Positions 24,301 through 61,185 of a DNA stretch of 64,000 nt are shown here, in pieces (within the stretch, counting starts at the first letter, position 1; the number at the start of each line of letters is the position of its first letter). Under the pieces are notes generated by a model. The model did no database searches. It was not told where the DNA came from and saw only the letters and a program-made list of their open reading frames with translations. Both the position numbers and the translations under genes were made by a program. This stretch comes from Microcaecilia unicolor (Eukaryota): positions 26,760,132 to 26,824,131 of the forward strand of contig NC_044044.1 of assembly GCF_901765095.1 (NCBI RefSeq), written 5' to 3'.

Positions 24301-24402
24301 ATATCAAGTCCCATTTCCCTTTCCCCCTCATAACCTGTCTCTTCTCCATGTTTTTTTTCAGTTACTGTGAAGGAGGCAAGACCTCCCCCCCCCCCTCCCC
24401 CT

Positions 24403-41743
<17,341 letters not shown>

Positions 41744-42317
41744 CCACTGGGTCGCAGGTGTTCGGCTGCGACTCTAAATGGGTTCATAATGTCATAGACG
41801 AGTCATGGGATATGGAAGCCACGTGGTTGGGTCAATCCCGCATAGAGGGCACCTTTGTTGTGTGTTCAGGGTTATGATGGCTACTGAGCTCCTGCATGGT
41901 GTTCAAGATGTCTTTATTTCATAACCATGATCTAATGATGTCATATGCATCAGCTCAAGGAGGAAAAAAAAAACCCCACATGTTGACCTTCCTATCCCAT
42001 TTGATACTCTGCAGTAACCAATACTCAAGTAACATTCAAGCAGTAAAACTGAGCAGCTCTGAGCTAGCAATTGTAGAGCAGCACCTCAAGCAACTATTCT
42101 TGCATCAATGAACTGTTTTATACTGTCTGCCGCCTCACATTTCATTCTTACTGCAAAGGGGAACCCACTTCCCAAGAGGTGGCTGTATTTTAGCCCCAAC
42201 GACCCCAAACCTGTCTTGTAAGATGACCCACTCCAGTGTTAAGTGTTACTTTTAAGTCCTGTCTTGGCCTCATGCCCTTGTAAATATTAAATTTGGAAAC
42301 CTAAGTAGAAGCAAATC

Positions 42318-42323
42318 AATAAA
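42318..42323 (+). terminator. Candidate polyadenylation signal AATAAA for the SLC12A3-like gene
   Basis: AATAAA sits about 575 nt downstream of the stop codon in AT-rich 3' sequence. Confidence 0.3.
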
Positions 42324-43618
42324 CATCTATGTAACAAGCCTGCCGCCTTCTGTGTGTCTGTTTGTTTGGGGGAAGGTAGACAGAAATAATCCGTATGGGT
42401 CCCTGGTGCTCTTGGCTGCACAGGGGTGGACATGCCCAGGTCCGGAATCAGGGTGGACCGAGTGATCTTCGCTGGCTGTCTCCTCTTGACTTACAAAGTT
42501 ATGTGGAGGTGTTTTCAAAGCACTTAAGTCTTACAAAATTACACAGTAACCTATGGCACCTTGTAAGACTTTGTCAGACTATAGGTGGGCCCTGAAAATG
42601 GCAGATACAAATCAAGGTAAGGCATACACAAAAAGTAGCACATATGAGTTTATCTTGTTGGGCAGGCTGGATGGACCGTGCAGGTCTTTCTCTGCCCTCA
42701 TCTACTATGTTACTATGGTTGCTGTACTTCAGTTAAGGTGGTGGTATTTTTTCATAGAGTGGGGGATACTTGGAATGCCCTCCCGCGGGAGGTGGTGGAG
42801 ATGAAAACGGTAACGGAATTCAAAAATGCGTGGGATAAACATAAAGGAATCCTGTTCAGAAGTAAGGGATCCTCAGAAGCTTAGCCGAGATTGGGTGGCG
42901 GGGCTGGTGGTTGGGAGGAGGGGATAGTGCTGGGCAGACTTATACGGTCTGTGCCCTGAAAAAGACAGGTACAAATCAAGCTAAGGTATACACATATGAG
43001 TTTATCTTGTTGGGCAGACTGGATGGACCGTGCAGGTCTTTTTCTGTTGTCATCTACTATGTTACCTTGAAAATGAACCTCTTTAGAAAGGAGACAAAGG
43101 TTCATCTTAATTTTGCTGTAATGATAGGTTTGTTAAAAAAAAAAGTGAAAACAGAAAACATGGAAGTTTATTTTCCCCCCTGAGGGAAGCAAATGTATCA
43201 GTTCTGTTTAGAAACATGAAGGAGAAAAAGGGACATAAAAACTGTTTTTTTTTTAAATGTGAATAAATAATCACCACAAAGGTTAAAATCAGGAATGTAA
43301 AGCCAATAACAGCATCACCAGGGCTGCTCTGCCCAAGCTGGTTTCCTTTAGTTTATCAAATAAAAGAAGTCTCACAGCTGGCTTTTGTTTGTTTAAAACA
43401 TCTGGTTTATTTCTTAATGCTATTTTGCCCCCAACAAGGGATCCCCTGCCCCGCTCAACAGCTCAAAGCATGTCAATGTACCTGGCTCCATTTGAGTTAC
43501 CCCCCCCCCCCCACCCCCCAGCAGCAGAAAGGGAAATCCCAGAGTTCCCTCCTGATCATGGTAGCCAGTTGGCACTCAGTAGCTTAACAGACATATTTGT
43601 GTAAGAAAAATGAACAGA

Positions 43619-43624
43619 TTTATT
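43619..43624 (-). terminator. APEX1: Candidate APEX1 polyadenylation signal (AATAAA on the minus strand)
   Basis: TTTATT on the plus strand lies about 200 nt downstream of the APEX1 stop. Confidence 0.35.
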
Positions 43625-43822
43625 TCCTGCCCCACTAGGCTAGGAGATGACACTGCCAAGGCCAGGGAAGTGACAGGAGACAGTACAGAAATGTAGTCCC
43701 TGATGAGACTCAGTGACCTCCCAGCGCATCGACCACTGGCCTTGACCTCCTCAGCTCAGACAGCGTGGGACGAGGGCAGAAAGCGCTGAACATATGGCGC
43801 AGCACTATGGCCCCTGCCACTG

Positions 43823-44337
43823 TCACATGGCCATGTACAGCGTGATGGGACAGTGGTCGCTCCCCATGGCCTTGGAGCGAATTTTGTTGTCACAGAGCTT
43901 AGGAAGCAAGGCCTCAGAAAGCAGGAAGTAATCGAGCCTCCAGCCCACATTCTTTCCCCGAGCGTTCATCATGTAAGTCCAGAACGTGTAGGCGTAGGGG
44001 ACATCCGGGTACAGGTGGCGGAAGGTGTCAACGAACCCCTCCCCCAGCAGGGTGCCGAAACCCTCCCGCTCCTGCGGGGTGAATCCAGCTGTCTTCTTAT
44101 TCGTCTTGGGATTCTTCAGGTCGATCTCCTCGTGGGCCACATTGAGGTCTCCACAGAGGATAAGGGGCTTCCGCCCATCTAGACCCTTCAGGTAGGCCCG
44201 GAACGCTACATCCCACTTCTGACGATAGTCCAGCCGGACCAGGCCACGACTGGAGTTGGGCACGTAGGCCGCCACCAGGAAGTAGTCCTTGAATTCTGCT
44301 GTAATGACTCGCCCTTCTTTATCATGTTCCTCCACAC
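43823..44337 (-). CDS. APEX1: APEX1 terminal coding exon with stop ([16 protein letters not shown]...[13 protein letters not shown])
   Basis: Acceptor tctacag|GTGTGGAGG; ORF 43823-44368 holds the catalytic-core motifs. Confidence 0.92.
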
Positions 44338-46800
44338 CTGTAGAACAAGGGAGAAAAAAAAATAGCAAGCAGAAGATGAAAGGGCCTCATCCACAATGCA
44401 AACATTACCCCCCCCCCCCTTTCCTTACCAGCTCAACTCACAATTAAAAAGCTCACTACAGGATGGGTATCACAGGCTCTTTTCTCCTCAGACATATGAA
44501 CCCTGCTCCCTACGTCATAATCAACAGAAGGGGTGGGATCCTGAGTTAAGGGAGCAAGGGTGAAACCTGCTTCCTTCTTAAGGGATACATTTTCAGTCAT
44601 AGAAGAGAACAGACTTTCCAGCCCTTTTTGTTATTCCACATGTTCACCCCTAGCATTTTACTTCTCCAATTTCTACATGTGCAACTGTGGTTCCCCCCCC
44701 CACCACCACCACCACCACCACCACCAAGGAAGGTACGACTGAGTTAGGAATGTCTCACCAATGGCACACGTGTGGTCATCCTTTGTAGGTGCACCATGCT
44801 GCATGTGGGAAGTATGAGAGTCTGCATCTGCCTGTGAGCTATCAGAGTATGATATGGTCCAACCCCTGATCACGCGTGAAGGAGCGAAACATGGACCGTG
44901 AAATTGGCTCTTGTGATTTGGTGATTGTGCATCGCAGGTTCAAGAGTGTAATTTGAACAGTTTTCTTGAATTACTCATACATCCTGGAAGTGGGGGAATG
45001 TCGTGATATGACCTTGGAACGTTGGACTGATCATTTGTTTAGCAGCGGCTGAACTATTCAAGGTTACTACAGCTATGAACGTTATTGGAACTTGGATTCA
45101 GTGACGTGATTAATGGAGGTTACAAGATGGCCCAATAGTATTTATTTTGGGATTGTATGGTGTATTCTAAGCTGTATAGTGTGAGTGTGTGATGATTGTG
45201 AAGAATGTTGTGTTTGACAAGTTGGTACCATAGCATTCCCTGTTACTGGTTTTAGAGGTTTTTCTATATTGTTTCAAAGCATGCATAGTTGTTAATATAT
45301 CGTACCAATGCCGTAGGAGACATTGAGTGGCGAGTCTTTGCAAAGCATGGCCACGCCGCTGTAGCCCTCCTTGTCATCCGAGCAGGCCCAGTACTTGTTG
45401 GGGTACTCCGCCATATCCTTGATCTCGCTAGGCAGGGCCTTCTCAGCACATTTTGTCTCCTGTAGGCACAGGATGTCTGGATCCTCCTGCCGCACCCACT
45501 GAAGGAAAAATAGAGGAAATATTTATTCACAGCAAGAAATAGGGACCAGGCAATTGATGCCTCACAGACAACAGCACAGGAGCTCCCTGTGGTCTCTCAA
45601 GTGCCCCACGGGGATGGGAGGAGGGTGGAAATTTAAAAGGCAACAGAGAAGCATTAATTCACCCATGGCTTCATTATCCCTACAAAGGAGCAGGTGCAAA
45701 AGGAAGCAATTAGAAAAGCTGGTACCCCTCCCCCATCTAAGAGGCAAACAGCAACACCATGAATCTGGTACCCTGGGAGCAAGTCTCGGGGCTGGATTGC
45801 AGGGGAGGGGGGGGGATGAGAGGCATGCAGTCGCTTGTACAGAAGGGGCAGGGTGGGGGTGGGCGGTTAATACTCACATCCAGGCCCTTCTTCTTCACCC
45901 AGGCTCGCAGCCCATCCACGTTCCAGGAGGTGATCTTGAGGTTGTACTTCTTCCCTGCAGAAGAGGTCAGCTTTTCAGGGGGATCCTCGTATGTGGGGGG
46001 CGCCTCAGGCTCCTTCGCGGCTTTGGCCCCCCCTCCCTTCTTGCTCTTTTTCGCTACCTGTTCTGAAGAGAAGCAATAGGGAAAGAGAAATAAAAACACA
46101 CTACTGTTCAAATGTCTTCCCTGGTTATCTTCTCGCTGCTCCTTGCCTCATAAGGCTGTCATCAGGGAGACTGAACGTGACCCATCTCTGCTTATCAGGA
46201 AGCCACTGTGCAACTAGTAAATCCTGGCCCCGATTCTCAAGGTACCCTACAAATATGCATGAGATAGATTTACATACATTGCATGCAAATCTCTCATACA
46301 TATTCGTTAAGAGTATCCCAAACCTCTGACCTGTCTGCAGCATTGAGGGCTGTCATTGAGTACCACTGCTCAAGGTGTTACCATGACTGTAACACAGAAT
46401 TTATTGATTTTGTAAATTTCTAGCCCACAACAAACAAGTAAATAAACAGACTGCTATGCATCAGAGAACAAAAGTGCTGGAATTAAGGCACAGGGAAGCA
46501 GGCAGTTTGTTCCATAAAAGAGGCCCTTCCTTTAGAACACTGGTTCTCAGCCCAATTCATGGGACACATCCAGCCAGTCTGTTTTCAGGATATCCACAAT
46601 GAACATGCTGCATGAGACAGATCTGCATACATTCGATGATGTACATGCAAATCTATCCCATACATAATCATTGTGGCCAGAGCAGTTTGAAATTCACTGC
46701 TCTGGAAGGGTGATGAGGCTCAATTACCATTTTCATCCTGCTCCTGGCACTCAACATTCACAGTCTCCTCCTCAAGCGCCTTCTTCCCACGTTTTGGCAT
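43823..46800 (-). CDS. APEX1: Gene span of AP endonuclease 1 (APEX1/APE1/Ref-1), 4 coding exons, 321-aa model
   Basis: Exon peptides match APE1: MPKRGKK start, ...[35 protein letters not shown]...[12 protein letters not shown], the C-terminal catalytic core ...[34 protein letters not shown]...[22 protein letters not shown]...SDHCPITLY. All junctions are GT-AG and the CDS of 966 nt is a multiple of three. Confidence 0.92.
45306..45498 (-). CDS. APEX1: APEX1 exon ([64 protein letters not shown])
   Basis: Acceptor ttccttcag|TGGGTG and donor GGCATTG|gtacga. Confidence 0.9.
45878..46062 (-). CDS. APEX1: APEX1 exon ([62 protein letters not shown])
   Basis: Acceptor tctcttcag|AACAGG and donor CTGGAT|gtgagt. 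Confidence 0.9.
46728..46800 (-). CDS. APEX1: APEX1 first coding exon ([24 protein letters not shown], phase-1 end)
   Basis: ATG at plus 46798-46800 (reverse complement) and donor AAAATG|gtaattgag. The upstream acceptor ttccttttccttcag near 46862 suggests a non-coding exon 1 in the CpG island. Confidence 0.85.
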
Positions 46801-47912
46801 CCTCCAAATGGAGCTCGAGCGGAGCCAGCTACGGAAAACAGCAACACGTAGAATTTCTCCTGAAGGAAAAGGAAATTCGGATAATGCTCTTGTACCATAA
46901 GAGATCCTAAGGCTCAAAGGAGCCGACACTGGTTGTGGCATAAAACAGAACTATCAGGGCAAGAGCTCCGTGTGCGGAGTTCCGGTTGCCTCTATAACCC
47001 TCTCCATTCCCTGGTCTTGCACACGGATTCCAAGGGACTGGCACATTTCATGGGAAGGGGCCACTGCATACAGCTAAATTTAAAAAAAAATGCATTTGGA
47101 TAAATGATATTAACCACCTACACATCGGAAACGCCAGCTGTTACTGCTGGGCACAGATCCTCTCATCAGGATCTGAAAGGGACTTCCAAGTGACCCAGAC
47201 TAATCAGTTAGAGGCAAGATAGGTGGTAGGCTCTGTGGACCACTGATCCATGAAAGCAGACCCTTTTATGATTTATTTGTTACATTTGTATCCCACATTT
47301 TCCCACCTATTTGCAGGCTCAATGTGGCTTACATAGTACCGTAAAGGCGTTTGCCATATATGATCAGAAAGGGCTGCCACATACTTTTTACATAACGATA
47401 ATAATAAATTCTGTATCCACAGTCAGAATCTAGAGGCTGGACTCTAAGGCCCACTGATCTGAGCCAGCCCTTCCCATAGATGCTTTTCCATGACCATGCA
47501 TTTTGTAGGATTGCATTTATATAGAGAGAAGGCGTGCAACTCCTCTGCAGGCGCTGGGACCAAAGAAGAGCCAGGACCGTGCCAGCAAAGCATGCACCTT
47601 GGAGCACGAGAGGGGCGCTCCCGGGCCCAGACAAAGGGGGTGGGGATTGGAGAACGCACCGGGACTACAGGCCGCTCGCTCTCAGAACGTTCCTGGGAAG
47701 GGAATCTTCTCCTCGCGCCACTCTCGTTCCAGGCCAGTCCTAGCCACGCCCCCTCGCTCGCAGACAGAGCCCCAGAAGCACGCCGCACGCGGCACATCAA
47801 CAAAGAGGAGCGGAAGCGGAAGGGGCTGGACCGGAAATGCGCGTGGGCCGGAAGCGGCCTGGTGGAGCTTGAAATCGGGATTTTTTTTTTTTTTGCCCCG
47901 CTTTTCGCCGTC
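46801..47912. promoter_or_regulatory. Bidirectional CpG-island promoter region shared by the divergent APEX1 (minus) and OSGEP (plus) genes
   Basis: Only about 1.1 kb separates the two start codons, which face outward. The 47560-47880 stretch has a high density of CpG dinucleotides (CG-rich, many CGs per 100 bp), GGAA/CCGGAAG ETS-like motifs, a CCAAT-like motif and no TATA box. The APEX1-OSGEP head-to-head pair is conserved in mammals. Confidence 0.7.
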
Positions 47913-56457
<8,545 letters not shown>

Positions 56458-59019
56458 TACTACACAAAGCAAAAGAACCAACCCTACATTTAAAATCGCA
56501 AAGAAAACATGTTTTTACTGTATGTATGTACGCGCGCAGATTGTATGACTCCTGAAGCAGTCATTTCCACGCCGAAACATGGCTCCGTGTCGAGACTTTT
56601 TACTGATGGTGCTCCAATAACTATTTTTGATCGCTACTTATCCTCTGGAGATCTGCTCTCCGACTTTGTGTGTTTTCTCTGCGATGAATACTATGCCAGC
56701 CTCACAATATTTAGATGTCTGTGTGCCAGATCTGAGCTTTTCCTATGGAAGAGAGACGCGTAGCTCGTAGAGCTGAATTTAATGACCTAGAACTGGAGCC
56801 AACATCAGTCGCGGGTAAAAAGCAGTGGCTATGTATAGAGTCTGAATACTAATTAAAAAACACATTGTATTGCATTCTCTAAGGGTTGTCTTGCTGTTCA
56901 GATTCTTTTTCCTTCCCCCCCCCCCCCCCCCCCATCCCCTGCTTTCGGGGTTGCTTCATTTTAGACTGTATATGTTGATGACATTCATAATCTTTGACAT
57001 ACAGAGAGCTTTAAATTCATTGCTAAAGCCAGAGAATTCATACGCTTGTTCACCCCCCCCCCCCCCTCAACCCCGTCGGCAGTACAATCCTGCATCTCTT
57101 CCTTGCCAGCCTGTGGGTTCAGCATCTCACCCCTGCAGCAACTCGAAGTTGAATCAGAGAGAGGGCTCCAGGCAGCCTAGGAGGGTCACTGCACTTCTAC
57201 GGCTCTATAGAAGACACTTTTAAAGGTACACAGTGAGGGGCGTGGGCATTGAGATGCTGAACCTGTGCGGTGGAAGGGAGGGAGAAAGAGAGGTACTGGC
57301 CCGGGGAGGGAGTATATTTGGTAGTCAATATGTCATCAGTGTGATACCCTTCTGAGGCTCTGCTGGAAATCTGTTCTTTTTAGTGGATGTGTGCTGTGCT
57401 CATGCTGTACCTGTGTTGGGGTGGGGGGGGGGGGGGGGAGCAGCACACTCCTTTGAATTACTCAAAATTCAGGACAGGGAGAAAAGCTCACCTAGAGCTT
57501 CCCAACTCTTACAATGAAGTGTATTAACTTGAAAAGGAAAAGAAGATATCCATTAACACCTGATCTGGTTTCTGCAGTTGATTTGGCGTCATGAAACAAA
57601 CATATTTTGAGTATTGCTGTCGGTTTTACACTTGGAAACATTCAGTTCCTGATCCCAAAATCTCACAGGGGATTGCTCTGACCCAAACCTTTAAATGAGA
57701 GTCTTGGGGGGGGGGGGGGGGGGGGAAGAAGAGTTTAGCAAATGGGGGAAAAAGGCCACCAATGCTGCTTCTTTTACAATTAAATTTATTTGCAGCTGTA
57801 TCACGGCTACCTTACACACATGGAGGGATTAAAAATATATCAGCAAATATACATCCAAATTAACAGGAAAATCATATAATCACAAAAAAGTTTAAAAAAA
57901 AAACAAAACTTGTTGCTCCAAAATAAAATAATCAACTATTTCTCTGCATTCTTATACAGGCCAGAGAAGCAAAAGAATATTTACATGTCAGTTCTTGATT
58001 GGTTGAATACACAGCTCTTATATACAGGGCAAGCGCTTTGATCCATTTTAAGTTAATTGATTTGGTTAGATTGTGCAGTTAGGCTACGGGGAGGAGGTCT
58101 GGAAGCCAAATGGAAATGGGTTCAGTGGCTGCAAGATGGGGCTGGACCCAGGGACTGACTGGCGGTTGCTGCTGGGAATACAGGTATGTAATGGCTGCCA
58201 ATCTGGGGCAGTGCAACGGCAGAAAAGCCCAAGAGAGGATCTGCCCGAGTAACCGGCCAGTACGACTGCTGCTTTCAAAAGGGGCAGAAGCGGGGAAACA
58301 CTTCTTAACTGCCTTCTAGAAAGAATCCGAGGTGAAAACGGTCTGAAATCGAGGGGGGGGGGGGGGGAGATAAGGTCCAGGTTTACAGCGAGAGGGAAGG
58401 ACCCTAACCACCTTCCTCAGTCACTGGGATCCCTGATGGCTGCTGTGCAAAAGACTTATATCCTGTGGTCCTGCCCATCAAGCTAGGATAGGAAAGACGC
58501 TTTTTTTCTGCCTAATGGCAGCCATGATACCGCAGCCAAAGCTGTTCATTTAGTCTGCCAGGAACTTCGGACAGCCTCTGACTGGTGCAAAAAGTGGGGC
58601 CACTTCCAGTGCTAATGAGCTGTAGCTGCGGATGTTTTTTGGGGTTTTTTTTTGGGGGGGGGGGGAGGGGAGGCAAAGCTGCTAATATAAAAACAGTCTT
58701 CTCATCCTGCTGCTCATTCCGAAGAGTGGACTGAGATATCTCCCACTGGTATAAGCAAATTCAAACTTTTAAAACCCCGGTTACATTAGTGTCGAGGGCT
58801 GCTGGGCATTGATCTGGGGTTTTACAATTCCTCTTCCATTTTATCAGTCTCTGCTGCTTACTGATCAATTATATAAAGCATAACGGTTGCATCCACACAA
58901 CCTCCTAAGTCTTACTTTTGGGACCGGGATCCCACTTGTGTCCGTTCACATTTATTTAAAACTAGAAAAAAATGCCCGTTTCTGAGCGCAATGAAATGGG
59001 CGCTGGCAAGGGGCCCCCT

Positions 59020-59255
59020 CCTTCCGAGCTACTTGCCTTGTTGGGGGTTGGCGTTCGCCTCGCGTTTTGGCCCTCCGAGTGTTATAGCTCCGCCCTCGAC
59101 GTCATGACGTTTTGACGCGAGGGCGGTGCAGACCCTCCCTCCGAGCTATTTGCGTTGTTCGGGGTTCGTGTTCGCCTCGTGTTTCGGCCCTCCGAGTGTT
59201 ATAGCTCCGCCCTCGACATTTTGACGCGAGGGCGGTGCAGACACTCCAGGGCACA
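59020..59255. repeat. Roughly 115-bp tandem duplication containing CRE-like palindromes (gccctcgacgtcatgacgttttgacgcgagggc), between the convergent OSGEP and PIP4P1 3' ends
   Basis: ccctccttccgagctacttgccttgttgggggttggcgttcgcctcgcgttttggccctccgagtgttatagctccgccctcgacgtcatgacgttttgacgcgagggcggtgcagac is repeated with minor changes. The upstream motif gcccgtttctgagcgcaatgaaatgggcgctggcaagg recurs at 63420-63460. Confidence 0.8.
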
Positions 59256-61044
59256 CCGGATATCTCGGGCGCCTCAACTTCTGTGGAGGCTTCAGAACGT
59301 TGGGGTTGCCTTTTATATAGAGAGAGAATTAGTGATTAATTTAATCATGGGCTCACAGCCTGTACCATTTCACTTGCTCACAGCTGCCACCCTGCCGTTG
59401 CACTGGACTATATTTCAGAAGTCTTGCGATATGAGTTTAAGAACCTTTTCTATCGTTGCTGCTTCTGGGACCTGCCTCCTACTCTCTCTGTTCCTGAGGG
59501 AGTCACATTAGCCACCGTAGCTCCAGGACTCAGTTAAAAACAAGGGTTTTTTTTTTTTTTTAATATGTCTTTTTCTCTGAATGCATGGGGACGATCTGAT
59601 TCTATGTCCCAAGTCTACTCCAACACCAGCAGTAAAACATCACAGCTGACGGGGCTGATTCCAAAATACAGTCACAGCTCAGAGATTCCACTGTCAACAA
59701 GGGGCCAGAGGAAAGAAAGGACTTTTGATTTTAAGTTCTTACTGCTGTGTTTTTATCACAGCGTCCCGCACTACCTCGTGCCTGAGTGCAGCCAGTCTTT
59801 ATCTGTTAGGACGCCCTGGTTTACGAACCCAAATTTCTTGCTGGTTCTCTCTCAGGACCTCCAAGTGAGGGGGAAGGTGGCTCCGGCATGCCAGAAAAAT
59901 AACCGATTATTATGCATTCTCATTCTGGATTTAGAGATCAAGCCAGAGGCCTGGCTGTTTCTTTCTTGCATGTGGGTTATTTTATTTTATTTTTTGTTTG
60001 TTTTCTGGGGATTCTCTAAACAAACATCACCTTATTTAAAAACAGTGAACAGGATGGACTGGTAAACCTTTCACTGCCTCTAGAGGGCAGCAGCAGCATT
60101 AAGCCATCCTACAGAGCAAAATCCATTGCGGAGGGTTTAAGTTATATCTGAAATACCTTATTTCTTACACACCTTACTAAGAGGGGCTAGATCCTGCCCT
60201 CTTCCACATTCAGCCAGCGATCAATGCCCTAAAACATCCAGCTTCCTCTGTAAACAATAAATATTCAGCCACATAAAATCCCAAGTCCACCCCGTCTTTC
60301 TTCCTTCCTTTCCCAGAGTGGGGCGCAGGACAGGTAGGAGAAACTGAACTCATGATACGCTCTGATTCTTCTGTTTCATGCTGTAGGCAGGCAGTGGGTT
60401 TGGGGTAGTGGATGGAATTGGCTGTGATTTTGTCTGTTAATCACCAAGGGCTGGGTTCTGACGGGGGGGGGGGGGGGGGGTGTGCAGGGAAGCTGTGGTT
60501 CTGCCTCTCCTTTCTCACTGAAAGGTGGGTTGCAGCGAAGGCTACTGGGGGCTCCAGGGAGACTGTAGGGTGCTGTGCTTTTGAGGTTCTCTTGCTCCCA
60601 CCTCACTGTAGGATGGTGGAGGAGGAATGGGATCAGAGGGCTTTGATTATCACATTGTCCTTATTTTTTTACTGGGACGCTGGCGCAGGTATGGAGTTCA
60701 GGAGAAGCTCTGGCCAAGAGACGACTGAGATTTTCTCATTCCTCCTTGAGAAACAGGTTCATGAGAAGCTCTGGAGGGGAACAGGATGCCGAGGTTCTCT
60801 TGCTCATTCCTTGCTGGAGGAGAGGTAGGCTCAGGGGAAGAACTGAAGGGGCGGGGGAGAGCGGCCTGTGATTCTGAGAGTCTCGTACGCCCTGAGGAAT
60901 GGGCTCAGGAGATGCTCTAGCTAGGGCCTTGTTCCTCACTACGACGCAGTGCAGGATGTGTGGGCTCAGGAGATGCTCTGGATTTGAAAAGTGCTGAGTT
61001 TCCGCCTTGTTCCTCACTGCAGTGTGCCAAGAAGAAGGGTGCAC

Positions 61045-61185
61045 TCAGAAGCCCCGGAGCGGTTGACTGACCCTCATGCATGCCCAGTAAACAGCGCGGC
61101 TCATCGCGGCGACGGCCACCAGGATGACCACTGCCCATGAAGCATAGATGCCACCATATCTGTTTGCATGTTTCCATGTGCCGAC
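61045..61185 (-). CDS. PIP4P1: PIP4P1 terminal coding exon ([46 protein letters not shown])
   Basis: Acceptor ttctgttatag|GTCGGC and TGA at plus 61045-61047 (reverse complement); TM2 and the conserved WACM-x-VS tail. Confidence 0.75.
   Translation of the reverse strand, partial: VGTWKHANRYGGIYASWAVVILVAVAAMSRAVYWACMRVSQPLRGF

Noticed and set aside
24367-24402. ORF-track start at 24367 (MKEARPPPPPPP...) upstream of the chosen ATG
   Set aside because: Position 24367 is GTG, not ATG; the track appears to allow alternative starts. The first in-frame ATG is 24403 (MDSSGTEV...), whose N-terminus aligns with the NCC N-terminus (the GRF-T-V motif).
58084-58320. A short ORF beginning MGLDPGTDWRLLLGIQ with a GT donor (about 58130-58190), and the reverse ORF
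   Set aside because: It is an isolated 16-codon ATG-to-donor segment in the convergent 3' region of OSGEP and PIP4P1, with no downstream exon or homology. It more likely lies within 3'UTR sequence.
59565-60065. ORF 59565-60065 (166 aa)
   Set aside because: No recognisable domain, low-complexity ends, and located in presumptive 3'UTR or intergenic sequence between convergent genes.
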